64,000 nt of DNA from an uncultured Phycisphaeraceae bacterium. Its GTDB lineage: Bacteria > Planctomycetota > Phycisphaerae > Phycisphaerales > Phycisphaeraceae. The first letter of the stretch is position 1; each line of letters starts with the position of its first letter. Shown here in pieces: positions 28,933-37,618 of the stretch. The stretch lies in assembly GCA_964542875.1 (NCBI GenBank), contig CAZIWA010000014.1:1-64000 (forward strand), given 5' to 3'. The notes beneath the pieces were generated by a model. That model was not told the DNA's origin. It saw nothing but the letters and a program-made list of their open reading frames with translations, and did no database searches. The position numbers and the translations under genes were made by a program.

Positions 28933-30147
28933 ATGGGAGCCAACCCCGGGAGCCCCACTGTGAAACTCGACCGTAAATTCTTCCTGAAGGTGATGATCGC
29001 CGCGCTTTTGTTCACCGGTGCATCAGGCATTTTCGCCGTGCTCACCGGCACCTGGCATGTTGTCGGCAAAGTCATGCTTTCCGCTTGCGTAGCCGCCGTC
29101 ACCGCAGGCATGATGATGCCCATCGCCGGTTGGGTGGATGACGAAGACACTCGCCCCTCAGGCCTCTGGGGCATTGCCCTGATCATTCTTCAGACCATCT
29201 GCTTTCTGGCAGCCATTTGGGTTGATTACAGCAACGCGGAGTGGCGGTTCCTCGCCACCGGTTTTATCCTTTTCCCCCTTGGCTGGCCTGCTATCTGGAT
29301 CATCGCCGCCAAGGGCAATAAACCCTTCACCCTCGCAAATCTCACCAGCCTCGGCACTCTTGCTCTCAGCAGCCTCGCCTTTATCACGGGCATTTGGTGG
29401 CAAAATTTCTTTACGAACACCAGCACTTTAGGCGTTCACAAAGACATCGACTGGAACCTCATTGCCTCGGCCTGCACGCTTTACTTTTACGGAATTCTGG
29501 CCGCCATTGCCCTCGCCGACTGGACCCGGCACGACAAGCACCACTGGCGTTGGGTCGGTCCTGTCGGGGCCCTGATCTCCACAGTGCTGATCCTCGTCGG
29601 CATCTGGGCCGGCTCTCAAAAACGCACGCCCATCCTCGATGTCTCTACCGCTCTTGCACTCTTTGCCGCCCACGCCATGTTCATTATCGGGCTCCAGCTC
29701 GGCCCCAATCCCACCAACCGATTCTTCCGTCTGGGCACCATCCTGATCGCCGGCATCACCATCGCCATGGCCTGCGCCATCTCCATCGCCTCCATTGATG
29801 CCCGCATCGCGGATGCTCCGCTGGTCCGGCTCACCGGCGCGGGCACCATCCTCACCATCTGCTGCACATTGGCGCTAATCATCATCGCACGGCTCAATCG
29901 CGGCGTGAATCTGACCGCTCAAGACGCCAACGTGATGGATGCGCTCATCGATCTCTTCTGCCCCCGCTGCAAAACCCGTCAATCCCTCAGCGCCGGTGAC
30001 AGTGCCTGCCATTCCTGCGGCCTGCGCATCTCCATCAAGATTGAAGAACCCCGCTGCTCCGGCTGCGGTTATCTGCTCTACAAGATCCCCGGTAACACTT
30101 GCCCGGATTGCGGCAAGCCCATCAATACCCCCGCCCTCGAAGCTTGA
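28933..30147 (+). CDS. polytopic membrane protein with C-terminal double zinc-ribbon
   Basis: About 9 predicted TM helices over 330 aa. A cytoplasmic tail carries CPRC...CHSC and CSGC...CPDC pairs. Sits 37 bp downstream of the response regulator. Confidence 0.6.
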   Translation: MGANPGSPTVKLDRKFFLKVMIAALLFTGASGIFAVLTGTWHVVGKVMLSACVAAVTAGMMMPIAGWVDDEDTRPSGLWGIALIILQTICFLAAIWVDYSNAEWRFLATGFILFPLGWPAIWIIAAKGNKPFTLANLTSLGTLALSSLAFITGIWWQNFFTNTSTLGVHKDIDWNLIASACTLYFYGILAAIALADWTRHDKHHWRWVGPVGALISTVLILVGIWAGSQKRTPILDVSTALALFAAHAMFIIGLQLGPNPTNRFFRLGTILIAGITIAMACAISIASIDARIADAPLVRLTGAGTILTICCTLALIIIARLNRGVNLTAQDANVMDALIDLFCPRCKTRQSLSAGDSACHSCGLRISIKIEEPRCSGCGYLLYKIPGNTCPDCGKPINTPALEA

Positions 30148-30786
30148 TCCTCTGCTTCACCCCGCCACTTTTGCACACCCCAAAACGCTCTGGCACGCCG
30201 CCATAAGTGATATATCAAGATTGTATAAAGATGCCTTCCTAACCCCAGCATCCACGCCCATTAGCACGCGCTTTGCATAGGGCCGACCAACCATTCAAGG
30301 TTAACAAATATCCCTCAAAACAAGGGGTAATAATGTACACCCCTGCACTAACACTTGATTTGATTCCCACCCTGGCTCTGGTACTTTCATACCCGGGTTT
30401 AACGCTCTGAAAACCCACCTGATTCCCCGGCCGGGATTGGCCCGGGCGCACCAGGCCAGACGCCGGCGCAAGGCTTCGCACCACGCAAAGCACAACACGC
30501 CCGCAGGAAGCCTGCCCAAGCGCCCAATGCCACCGGCTCTCCCCGCATGGCCCTTTCCGGGGGCCAGACCAGGGAGGGGGCGGGTCGTGAAAGGCCCGTA
30601 CGCAGCACACCTCTTATCCCACACAGGAAACATCCCAAGACTGAGGCTCGGCGCCAGACACCGGCGCCCGGCTTGCCCACGGCCCGCTTCGCGGGGTCAT
30701 AGGGGTCACACGAGCGTCCCAAACCCGGGCCTGATGAAAACTGGCCCACGCAAAAAGTCCGACCGCTCTTTAACCAAGGAGGGCGT

Positions 30787-32889
30787 ATGTCAATGTTTCA
30801 AATCTTCGTCGCCTGCCTGTTTGCCGCCATCATCCTTCTCCCGGTCATCCTCTGGATCACCAAGGAAATCATCGGCGTGCAATACATCCGAAACGACCAG
30901 GCCGGTGTGGTCGAAAAGCTCTGGGGCGGCCCCATCCAGGAAGGCAAAATCATCGCCCTCCGCGGTGAGGCAGGCTTCCAGAGCGATCTCAAGCGAGGCG
31001 GGCTCCACTACGGCCTCCCCCGTTGGAAGTACCGCGTCCATCGCGTCCCCCTGGTCACCGTTCCCCAGGGTGAGCTGGGGTACGTCTACGCCCGCGATGG
31101 CGAATCACTCCTGCCTTCCCAAACCCTCGCCCGCGTCACCGCATGCGACCATTTCCAGAACGCCCGCGCCTTCCTCACCGGCGAAGGCCAACGCGGCCGG
31201 CAACGCGCCATCCTGCGTGAAGGTGTCTACGCCATCAACCCCGCGCTCTTTGTCGTCATCACCCGCACCCGCGTCTACGGGCTGCGTCCCACCAAGGAAG
31301 AAGAAGCACAAGCCAGCGCTTGGCAACGTACCCTCGCCAGCCTCAGGGCCTTCAGCCCCGTCGTCATCGGCGGCGAAGTCGACGACCTCGGCATCGTCAC
31401 CGTCCACGACGGCCCGCCTCTGCCCACCGGCCAGATCATTGCGCCTGAAGTCTTGAATCACTCCAACTATCAAGACCCCGAAGCCTTTCTGGCCCAAGGC
31501 GGCATGCGCGGCAAACAATATGCCGTCCTCACCGACGGTACCTACTTCATCAATCACTGGTTCGCCACCGTCGAACAGATCCCCAAAACCATCGTCTCCA
31601 TCGGTTACGTCGGCGTCGTCATCAGCTACTACGGCAAAAAAGGCCAGGACGTCTCCGGCACCGCCTTCCGCCACGGCGAGCGAGTCGCCAAAGGCGAATG
31701 CGGCGTCTGGAACGAAGCCATGCCCCCGGGCAAGTACGCCTTCAACCTCTACGCCGGTGAAATCGTCCAGGTCCCCACCACCAACTTCGTGCTCCACTGG
31801 ATCACCGGCCGCACGGAAAGCCACCATTATGATGAAAACCTTAAAAGCATCGACCTCGTCACCCACGACGCCTACGAACCCGAACTGCCTCTTTCCCTGG
31901 TCGTCCACATCGACTACCAGAAAGCCCCCAACGTCATCCAGCGCTTTGGTGACGTCAAGAAGCTCATCACCCAGACCATCGACCCGATGCTCTCGGCCTA
32001 CTTCCGCGACGTCTCGCACAAGCGCTCCATGCTGGAGCTCCTCCAAAGCCGCGATGAAATCCAAAACGATGCACGCGTCGCCATGCGCGACCGGTTCCAG
32101 GAGTTCGACATCGAATGCGTCGACGTCCTCATCGGCAAGCCCGAAGCGGGCCCCAATGATGCCGGCAAAATCGAAACCCTTCTGGAGCAGCTTCGCCTGA
32201 GACAGCTTTCCGTCGAACAAGTCGAAACCTTTGAGCAGCAACGCATCGCCGCCGACAAACGCCGCACCCTTGAGGAGGCCACCGCCGTCGCCAACAAACA
32301 AAAAGACCTCACCAACTCGTCGGTCGACATCCGCATCGTCGAAAACCAGGCCAATGCCCAGCTCGCCAAAGCGGAGATGGGCAAAAAGCAAACCGTCGTC
32401 GAAGCCGAAGCCAACCTGGAACGCGCCCGGCGCCAGGCCGAGCAGACCGTCATCCAGGCACAAGCCGAAAGCACCCGGATGATCATCGACGCCAAGGCCC
32501 AAAGCGAGCGCGAAACGCTCATCAGCAAGGGTCAATCCGTACGCGCCCTTCAGGTCGGCCTCGCCCAGGCGGAAGCCCTGCGCAACCAAGTCCTGGCCTT
32601 TGGCGATCCTCGTCTGTACGCCCTCACCAAAGCCATGGAGGCTCTCTCGGTCTGTAGCCAGCCCTTGGTCCCCGAGCGCGTCTTCGTCAGCGCCTCAGGC
32701 AGTACCGGCACCCCCGGCGAGGCATCAGCCAACCCGCTTGAAACTGGTCCTGTCCAGATGCTTCTCAAGCTGCTATTGGCCGATAAAACAGCCTTTGCGC
32801 CTGCCCTCCAACCCCTGAGCCCCGAGGCGCAATCCCTCAAGGAGGAGCTTATCGCCAAAGCGGCCAAGCCCGTCACGCCAACCGCTTGA
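30787..32889 (+). CDS. SPFH/band-7 (flotillin-like) membrane scaffold protein
   Basis: AAGGAGGG RBS. N-terminal TM helix, SPFH core and a long C-terminal coiled coil (EA/AQ-rich heptads). 700 aa, similar in layout to YqiK/flotillin. Confidence 0.75.
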   Translation: MSMFQIFVACLFAAIILLPVILWITKEIIGVQYIRNDQAGVVEKLWGGPIQEGKIIALRGEAGFQSDLKRGGLHYGLPRWKYRVHRVPLVTVPQGELGYVYARDGESLLPSQTLARVTACDHFQNARAFLTGEGQRGRQRAILREGVYAINPALFVVITRTRVYGLRPTKEEEAQASAWQRTLASLRAFSPVVIGGEVDDLGIVTVHDGPPLPTGQIIAPEVLNHSNYQDPEAFLAQGGMRGKQYAVLTDGTYFINHWFATVEQIPKTIVSIGYVGVVISYYGKKGQDVSGTAFRHGERVAKGECGVWNEAMPPGKYAFNLYAGEIVQVPTTNFVLHWITGRTESHHYDENLKSIDLVTHDAYEPELPLSLVVHIDYQKAPNVIQRFGDVKKLITQTIDPMLSAYFRDVSHKRSMLELLQSRDEIQNDARVAMRDRFQEFDIECVDVLIGKPEAGPNDAGKIETLLEQLRLRQLSVEQVETFEQQRIAADKRRTLEEATAVANKQKDLTNSSVDIRIVENQANAQLAKAEMGKKQTVVEAEANLERARRQAEQTVIQAQAESTRMIIDAKAQSERETLISKGQSVRALQVGLAQAEALRNQVLAFGDPRLYALTKAMEALSVCSQPLVPERVFVSASGSTGTPGEASANPLETGPVQMLLKLLLADKTAFAPALQPLSPEAQSLKEELIAKAAKPVTPTA

Positions 32890-32921
32890 AGCACGATCCC
32901 TGCTGGTACAAACTTCAATTA

Positions 32922-32958
32922 AAAACCAAGCCTGGACTTAAATCCAGGCTTGGTTTTT
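32922..32958 (+). terminator. bidirectional Rho-independent terminator
   Basis: Perfect 15-bp stem AAAACCAAGCCTGGA-CTTAAA-TCCAGGCTTGGTTTT with an A-run upstream and a T-run downstream. Confidence 0.85.
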
Positions 32959-33121
32959 AACAGCATTAAGCGATCAATGTCAACATTTTTCACCTCTATA
33001 TTTCAATCATAATTTCAAAATGAAATTATGTTGTATTCAATAATTGAAACAATATGATTGGTAATCTTCTTGGGGAGCTGGTTCCAAAATCTCCTAAATG
33101 TCTTTTCACCAGGAAGTGGCC

Positions 33122-33826
33122 ATGCAAAACCGTCCCTTGCACGCACGGACTCAAAGTAATCATTCCAAAGCTTTTTCACTCGTTGAACTTCTAGTCGTCG
33201 TCGCCATCATCGGCATATTGATCTCGCTTCTCTTGCCCAGTCTCGCCAAAACACGTGACCGCTCCCTGGAGCTCAAATGCATGGCCAATGTCCGCAGCAC
33301 GGCAATGGCATTCACCCAGTACTTTCAAGACTACAAGCTCTTCATCCCACCTCTTGCCGGCACCTGGAACTACAACTACGGCTCCTGGATAACGCCCATC
33401 ACCCCATACGTACCAGTCACCAAAACCCGCTGCTGCCCCTCCAGTGGCGCTGGGTACGCCACATCCTGGCGTCAACGCTTCGTCACCTGGGGCGATACCA
33501 GCACCAGCTACCGGACCGATAAATTCTGGAACCACGCTGAAACCGGTCTCGTCTTTGAAAATGCCCAATACCTCGATTCCATCTATTTCATGCGCATCCG
33601 CTCTGTGGTCTCTGGCGAAGATGACACCGCCGTCCTGAATCTCTCCAGTCACAACCGCAACGGCATCGGTGCGGCCTACTACGACGGCCACTCCCAATTC
33701 ATCAAATTCAATACCACTCAAACCACCGCCGGCACCTATGATCGATCAATCCCATTCCTATACAAGCAGTTTTGGGGCAAGATCGGCCCCAATCTCTACA
33801 CCGAATCAGGCCACTGCCCCTTCTGA
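33122..33826 (+). CDS. DUF1559-type prepilin-like protein (H-X9-DG)
   Basis: N-terminus KAFSLVELLVVVAIIGILISLLLPSLAKTRD. C-terminal YYDGHSQF matches the H-X9-DG motif. Confidence 0.8.
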   Translation: MQNRPLHARTQSNHSKAFSLVELLVVVAIIGILISLLLPSLAKTRDRSLELKCMANVRSTAMAFTQYFQDYKLFIPPLAGTWNYNYGSWITPITPYVPVTKTRCCPSSGAGYATSWRQRFVTWGDTSTSYRTDKFWNHAETGLVFENAQYLDSIYFMRIRSVVSGEDDTAVLNLSSHNRNGIGAAYYDGHSQFIKFNTTQTTAGTYDRSIPFLYKQFWGKIGPNLYTESGHCPF

Positions 33827-33934
33827 TCAATCTCTCTTATCCAGCAAAAAGCCCGCCAAACAGGCGGGCTTTTTGCTGGCCCGGGAATCCGTTCCCTCTG
33901 CCTTATCCCTTGTACCTTTTACCCTGTACCTTTC

Positions 33935-35431
33935 TTACGACACGCTCTTGGCCAGTTGCCCCTTATTCACCTTCCCCATCGCGTTGCGGGGGAACCCTTC
34001 CACCACCTTCAGCACGCTGGGCACCTTGTACACCGCAAGGCGCTCCTTGGCCCACGCGCGCACTTCGGCCAGGTCCACGCTCTGCCCGGGCTTCACCACG
34101 GCGCACAGGCACACCTTCTGGCCCCACTCCACGTCCTCCAGACCCACCACGGCGCAGTCGGCCAGTTTGGGGTGCTCGCGCAGCACTTCTTCGATCTCCA
34201 GCGCACTCACCTTGTACCCGCCGGTCTTGAGAATATCGCTCGAAGCGCGACCCAGGATCCGGTAATACCCACGCTCGATCTGTGCCACATCGCCGGTTTT
34301 GAACCAGCCGTCTTCGGTGAAGCTGGTCTTGGTGGCTTCCGGCTTGCCGTAATACTCCTGAAACACCGTTTCCCCCTTCACCTGAATCTCTCCAGGCTGG
34401 TTCTCTTCGGTGATCACCTTGCCCGCATCGTCGATCAACCGGGCGTGCACATAAGGCAGCGCGATCCCCACCGACCCAGGCCGGCGCTCACCTTTGTACG
34501 GGTTGGAAAGCGCCATCCCGATTTCCGTCATGCCATAGCGTTCCAGCAGTGTGTGGCCGGAAACTTCACGCCACTTTTCCAACGTTGACACCGGCAGCGC
34601 CGCCGAGCCCGACACCATCAGCCGCAGCCTCTGGCATGCAGCCTTCATCGCCGCCTTGCGGGCCTCGTCGGCCTGCTCCCACGCCGCAGTCAGACGGCTG
34701 TACACCGTCGGCACCGCCATGAACAGTGTCAGCCCGTCGCCCTTGATGAACCGATCCCACACCAGTGTCGGGTCGAACTTATCCATGAACTCGCACACCG
34801 CGCCGGAGTACAGCGCGCAGCCCAGCACGTTCACAATGCCGTGAATATGGTGCAGCGGCAGCACATGCAGAATGTGGTCATCCTGCGACCATTCCCACGC
34901 CTTCACCAGCGACCGCACCTGTGCGTCGATGATCGCATGCGTCGTCAGCACGCCCTTGGGCTTGCTGGTGGTGCCGGAGGTATAGATCAGCATCGCAGGC
35001 CGGCTTACGTCCACGTCGGGCAGCTTGCCCGCTGTGGTATCAACCAGGTCTTCATCCAGATAAAAAGGCAGCTTCCGCTCCGCGGCAAGCGGTGCAAGCA
35101 TCTCCGCATATTCCGGTCCGGCCACCACGATGGTCGCCTTGGAGTCATCAATCAGATACGCCAGTTCCGGCAACGGATGATGCGTGCTCAGCGGCACCAC
35201 CACGCCGCCCGCGCGCCACACCGCCCACTGCACCGTCACATACCGGATGCCGGGCGGCACCAGAAACGCCACCCGGGCCCCATCCAGGTCCTTATTCCCC
35301 GCCAGCAGCTTCGTCGCCGCCCGTGCGGAACGGTCCAGCACCTGGTTGTACGTAAAGCGCCTGCCGTCGGAAATCACCGCAAGCCGGTCGCCAAAGCCCT
35401 TTGCACGCTCAAACAACGGAATCGATGTCAT
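33935..35431 (-). CDS. AMP-dependent acyl-CoA synthetase/ligase (malonyl-CoA synthetase-like)
   Basis: AMP-binding signature IYTSGTTSKPKGV. C-terminal GEIQVKG...TGD..GYYRILGRASSDILKTGGYKV motif set. 498 aa. Confidence 0.85.
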   Translation of the reverse strand: MTSIPLFERAKGFGDRLAVISDGRRFTYNQVLDRSARAATKLLAGNKDLDGARVAFLVPPGIRYVTVQWAVWRAGGVVVPLSTHHPLPELAYLIDDSKATIVVAGPEYAEMLAPLAAERKLPFYLDEDLVDTTAGKLPDVDVSRPAMLIYTSGTTSKPKGVLTTHAIIDAQVRSLVKAWEWSQDDHILHVLPLHHIHGIVNVLGCALYSGAVCEFMDKFDPTLVWDRFIKGDGLTLFMAVPTVYSRLTAAWEQADEARKAAMKAACQRLRLMVSGSAALPVSTLEKWREVSGHTLLERYGMTEIGMALSNPYKGERRPGSVGIALPYVHARLIDDAGKVITEENQPGEIQVKGETVFQEYYGKPEATKTSFTEDGWFKTGDVAQIERGYYRILGRASSDILKTGGYKVSALEIEEVLREHPKLADCAVVGLEDVEWGQKVCLCAVVKPGQSVDLAEVRAWAKERLAVYKVPSVLKVVEGFPRNAMGKVNKGQLAKSVS

Positions 35432-35440
35432 GGGAATCTG

Positions 35441-35485
35441 TCCTACCCCCTCTCCCTTGGGGAGAGGGCTGGGGTGAGGGCCGCC
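35441..35485 (+). repeat. GC-rich hairpin (CCCTCTCC/GGAGAGGG) + TGGGGTGAGGGCCGC; second copy of the hairpin family at 7308
   Basis: The stem and the downstream GGGGTGAGGG(T/C)CGC block are conserved with 7308-7350. Here it lies between two minus-strand genes. Confidence 0.5.
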
Positions 35486-35516
35486 TGTGTAAAAATGAAC
35501 GGCCGGGAAAATCGAA

Positions 35517-36359
35517 TCAGAACATCTCTAAAAACGTCTTGGCCTTGGCCGTCTGCCCAGGCTCCGCGCCTGAGAAGTTAGCCCGCTTGAAAGGCTCGCC
35601 ATACGCCGTGCCGATGGCCTTGCCCCAATGCTCGGAATGCTTCTGCACCATGCCCTTGCGCAGCGTGCTCCACTGGGAGAAGTGCGCCGCGCACAGCTTC
35701 ACCTTCATCGGGTATTCGTTTGAAATATCCTCGATGTGGTCGTAGTCCGGGGCAATCAGCCCTTCCATCGCGCTGGACCCCGGCGTCCAGAAATAAAGCG
35801 GCACCTTCTTTAAGCTCTCCGACTGCTTCATCGCCTGCCACACCAGGCACGCCGTGGCGTGGTGTTCCTGGTCCAGGTCGATCATCGTCTGCGTCAGCAC
35901 CAGTGTCGGGTTCAGCCCTTCCAGCACCCCGCGCACGTGGTTGATCGCCTCGGGGTATCGGAACGCAATAATCAGAGGCGGCGCCTTGCCGACGCACGCC
36001 GGATGCGGCTCGGCATGCTGAAAATCAATGCTCGTCGTCTTCTTGCCGTTCCAATAATGCCGCTGGGAATATCCCAGGAAGATCAGTTCCGCACCGATCA
36101 GCTTGCACGCCGCCACCTGCTCGCTCTCGCGCAGGGCCTGCATCACGTCAGGCGGCACCGGTCCGGTCTTGCTTTCGTCCCCGTCAGGTGGAATCACCGT
36201 GGCATTGATGTTGTTGGTCACCATCACCACCACCACCCGTCCGCCTTTGTTGACCCACTTGGTCATCAGGCCGCCGGCGTTTAGTTCCGCATCATCGGCG
36301 TGGGCCGCCACAAGTACCAGAGTCGGTTTGGACATCGTCGCAAATCCTCTTTCCGCCAA
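35517..36359 (-). CDS. PIG-L/LmbE family N-acetylglucosaminyl deacetylase
   Basis: LVLVAAHADDAELNAGGLM is the characteristic LmbE/PIG-L motif. About 270 aa. An alternative start M at about 36335. Confidence 0.7.
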   Translation of the reverse strand: MAERGFATMSKPTLVLVAAHADDAELNAGGLMTKWVNKGGRVVVVMVTNNINATVIPPDGDESKTGPVPPDVMQALRESEQVAACKLIGAELIFLGYSQRHYWNGKKTTSIDFQHAEPHPACVGKAPPLIIAFRYPEAINHVRGVLEGLNPTLVLTQTMIDLDQEHHATACLVWQAMKQSESLKKVPLYFWTPGSSAMEGLIAPDYDHIEDISNEYPMKVKLCAAHFSQWSTLRKGMVQKHSEHWGKAIGTAYGEPFKRANFSGAEPGQTAKAKTFLEMF

Positions 36360-36404
36360 GGGTTGCCCCTGGGCTATTCCCCGGCTTTAAACCCGGGGGC
36401 TGAA

Positions 36405-37499
36405 CTATTTCTGCGGCCCCTCAGGGCTCGCAGTACTGTCACGCGCAATCAGCGTGCCGGTGATCTCCCGCCGCACTCGCCGCGTGGGCCGGATGCCCGC
36501 CAGCGTGTCCCGGCACCATGTGGCCACTTCCTGCGCCACTTCCGTATACGGATGTCGAACCACCGTCAGCGGCACCGGAGAGCTCTGTGAAAGCGCCGGA
36601 TGATCGCCATAGGTCGCCACGCTGATGTCTTCGGGCACGCGCAATCCGTGAGACATGAAGTGCCCCACCATCACGCTCGCCGCAGAGTCGTCCGAGCAGA
36701 TCACCGCGGTCGGCCGCGGGCTTAATTCCATAATCTGCCCGGCCAGCCGGTGCAGGTTCACTTCGTCTTTGCTCAGTTCCCCGATCACCCATGTCTTCAC
36801 CGTCGGGTCGTTCCAGCGTTTCACCGCCTGCTCCAGGCCCGCCACCTTCCGTGGGTACGCCGTGGCCAGGCAGATCTTCCGGTGCCCCAGGTCATACAGG
36901 TAGTCGGCCAGCTCGCGCGTGGCGCGTTCGCTGTCGCTGCAGATGTAGGAATCCTTGGCCACCCGGGTCTCGATCACCAGGAACGGCACCGGGCTGCGCC
37001 GAAGCTTGCCCAGCACCGGGTTTTGCTCAAAGTCTCCCTTGTGTTGCGGAAACACCAGCAGGCACCCCGCACCGGATTCAATCAACCGTTCCGCCGCCGC
37101 GGAGCTGTCCATTTCATCGGGGGTAATCATGTACAGCATCGGCAGGTCAAAGCGCGTCAACGCCTGTTGAATCAGTTCGATCTCATGCACAAAGATCGGC
37201 GCGGGCAAATTCCCGAACTTCAAGAAGCCCACCATCTGGCGTGCCGCAGGCGCCGCGCCGGCCGTCTCCGTCGGGGCATCCACCACAAACGCGCCAGACC
37301 CCGTCACTGTCCGGATCAATCCCCGCTGGCCAAGGTCCTGCAGCGCACGCTTGGCGGTGATGTCGGCAACGTTGAATTGCTCACAGATTTCACGGATGGA
37401 ATAGATCTTCTGGCCCGCCTTGAATCGGCCGGCCTGGATCTCCGCCGCGATCTTCCCGGAGATCTGTGCATACAACGGCAACACTTTAGTTCTGCTCAT
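36405..37499 (-). CDS. GntR-family transcription regulator with LacI/PBP-like sugar-binding domain
   Basis: N-terminal winged HTH (LPLYAQISGKIAAEIQAGRFKAGQKIYSIREICEQFNVADITAKRALQDL) plus a periplasmic-binding-protein-like C-terminal domain. 364 aa. Confidence 0.8.
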   Translation of the reverse strand: MSRTKVLPLYAQISGKIAAEIQAGRFKAGQKIYSIREICEQFNVADITAKRALQDLGQRGLIRTVTGSGAFVVDAPTETAGAAPAARQMVGFLKFGNLPAPIFVHEIELIQQALTRFDLPMLYMITPDEMDSSAAAERLIESGAGCLLVFPQHKGDFEQNPVLGKLRRSPVPFLVIETRVAKDSYICSDSERATRELADYLYDLGHRKICLATAYPRKVAGLEQAVKRWNDPTVKTWVIGELSKDEVNLHRLAGQIMELSPRPTAVICSDDSAASVMVGHFMSHGLRVPEDISVATYGDHPALSQSSPVPLTVVRHPYTEVAQEVATWCRDTLAGIRPTRRVRREITGTLIARDSTASPEGPQK

Positions 37500-37618
37500 G
37501 GTTTTCTCCTCAGGCGTTACTGATACGTAACGTACCTGAGATTCGCTCTAAATGCCTCACCCAAATCGCTTTTAATGCAGGATTTAAAGCAAGGCCGGCC
37601 CCCGGGCTTTGACAACCC

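Noticed and set aside
30148-30786. Long spacer as RNase P RNA, tmRNA, SRP RNA or 6S RNA
   Set aside because: I found none of the universally conserved blocks by eye (for example GGAAAGUCCGGGCUCC of RNase P, or the tmRNA tag reading frame and 3' tRNA-like end). It is left as an unclassified non-coding region.
30437-32589. ORFs 30437-31456 (+) and 31105-32589 (-) overlapping the flotillin gene and its upstream spacer
   Set aside because: Pro/Ser/Arg-rich or Gly/Asp-rich low-complexity translations. The flotillin reading frame has a strong RBS, a TM helix and SPFH/coiled-coil architecture.
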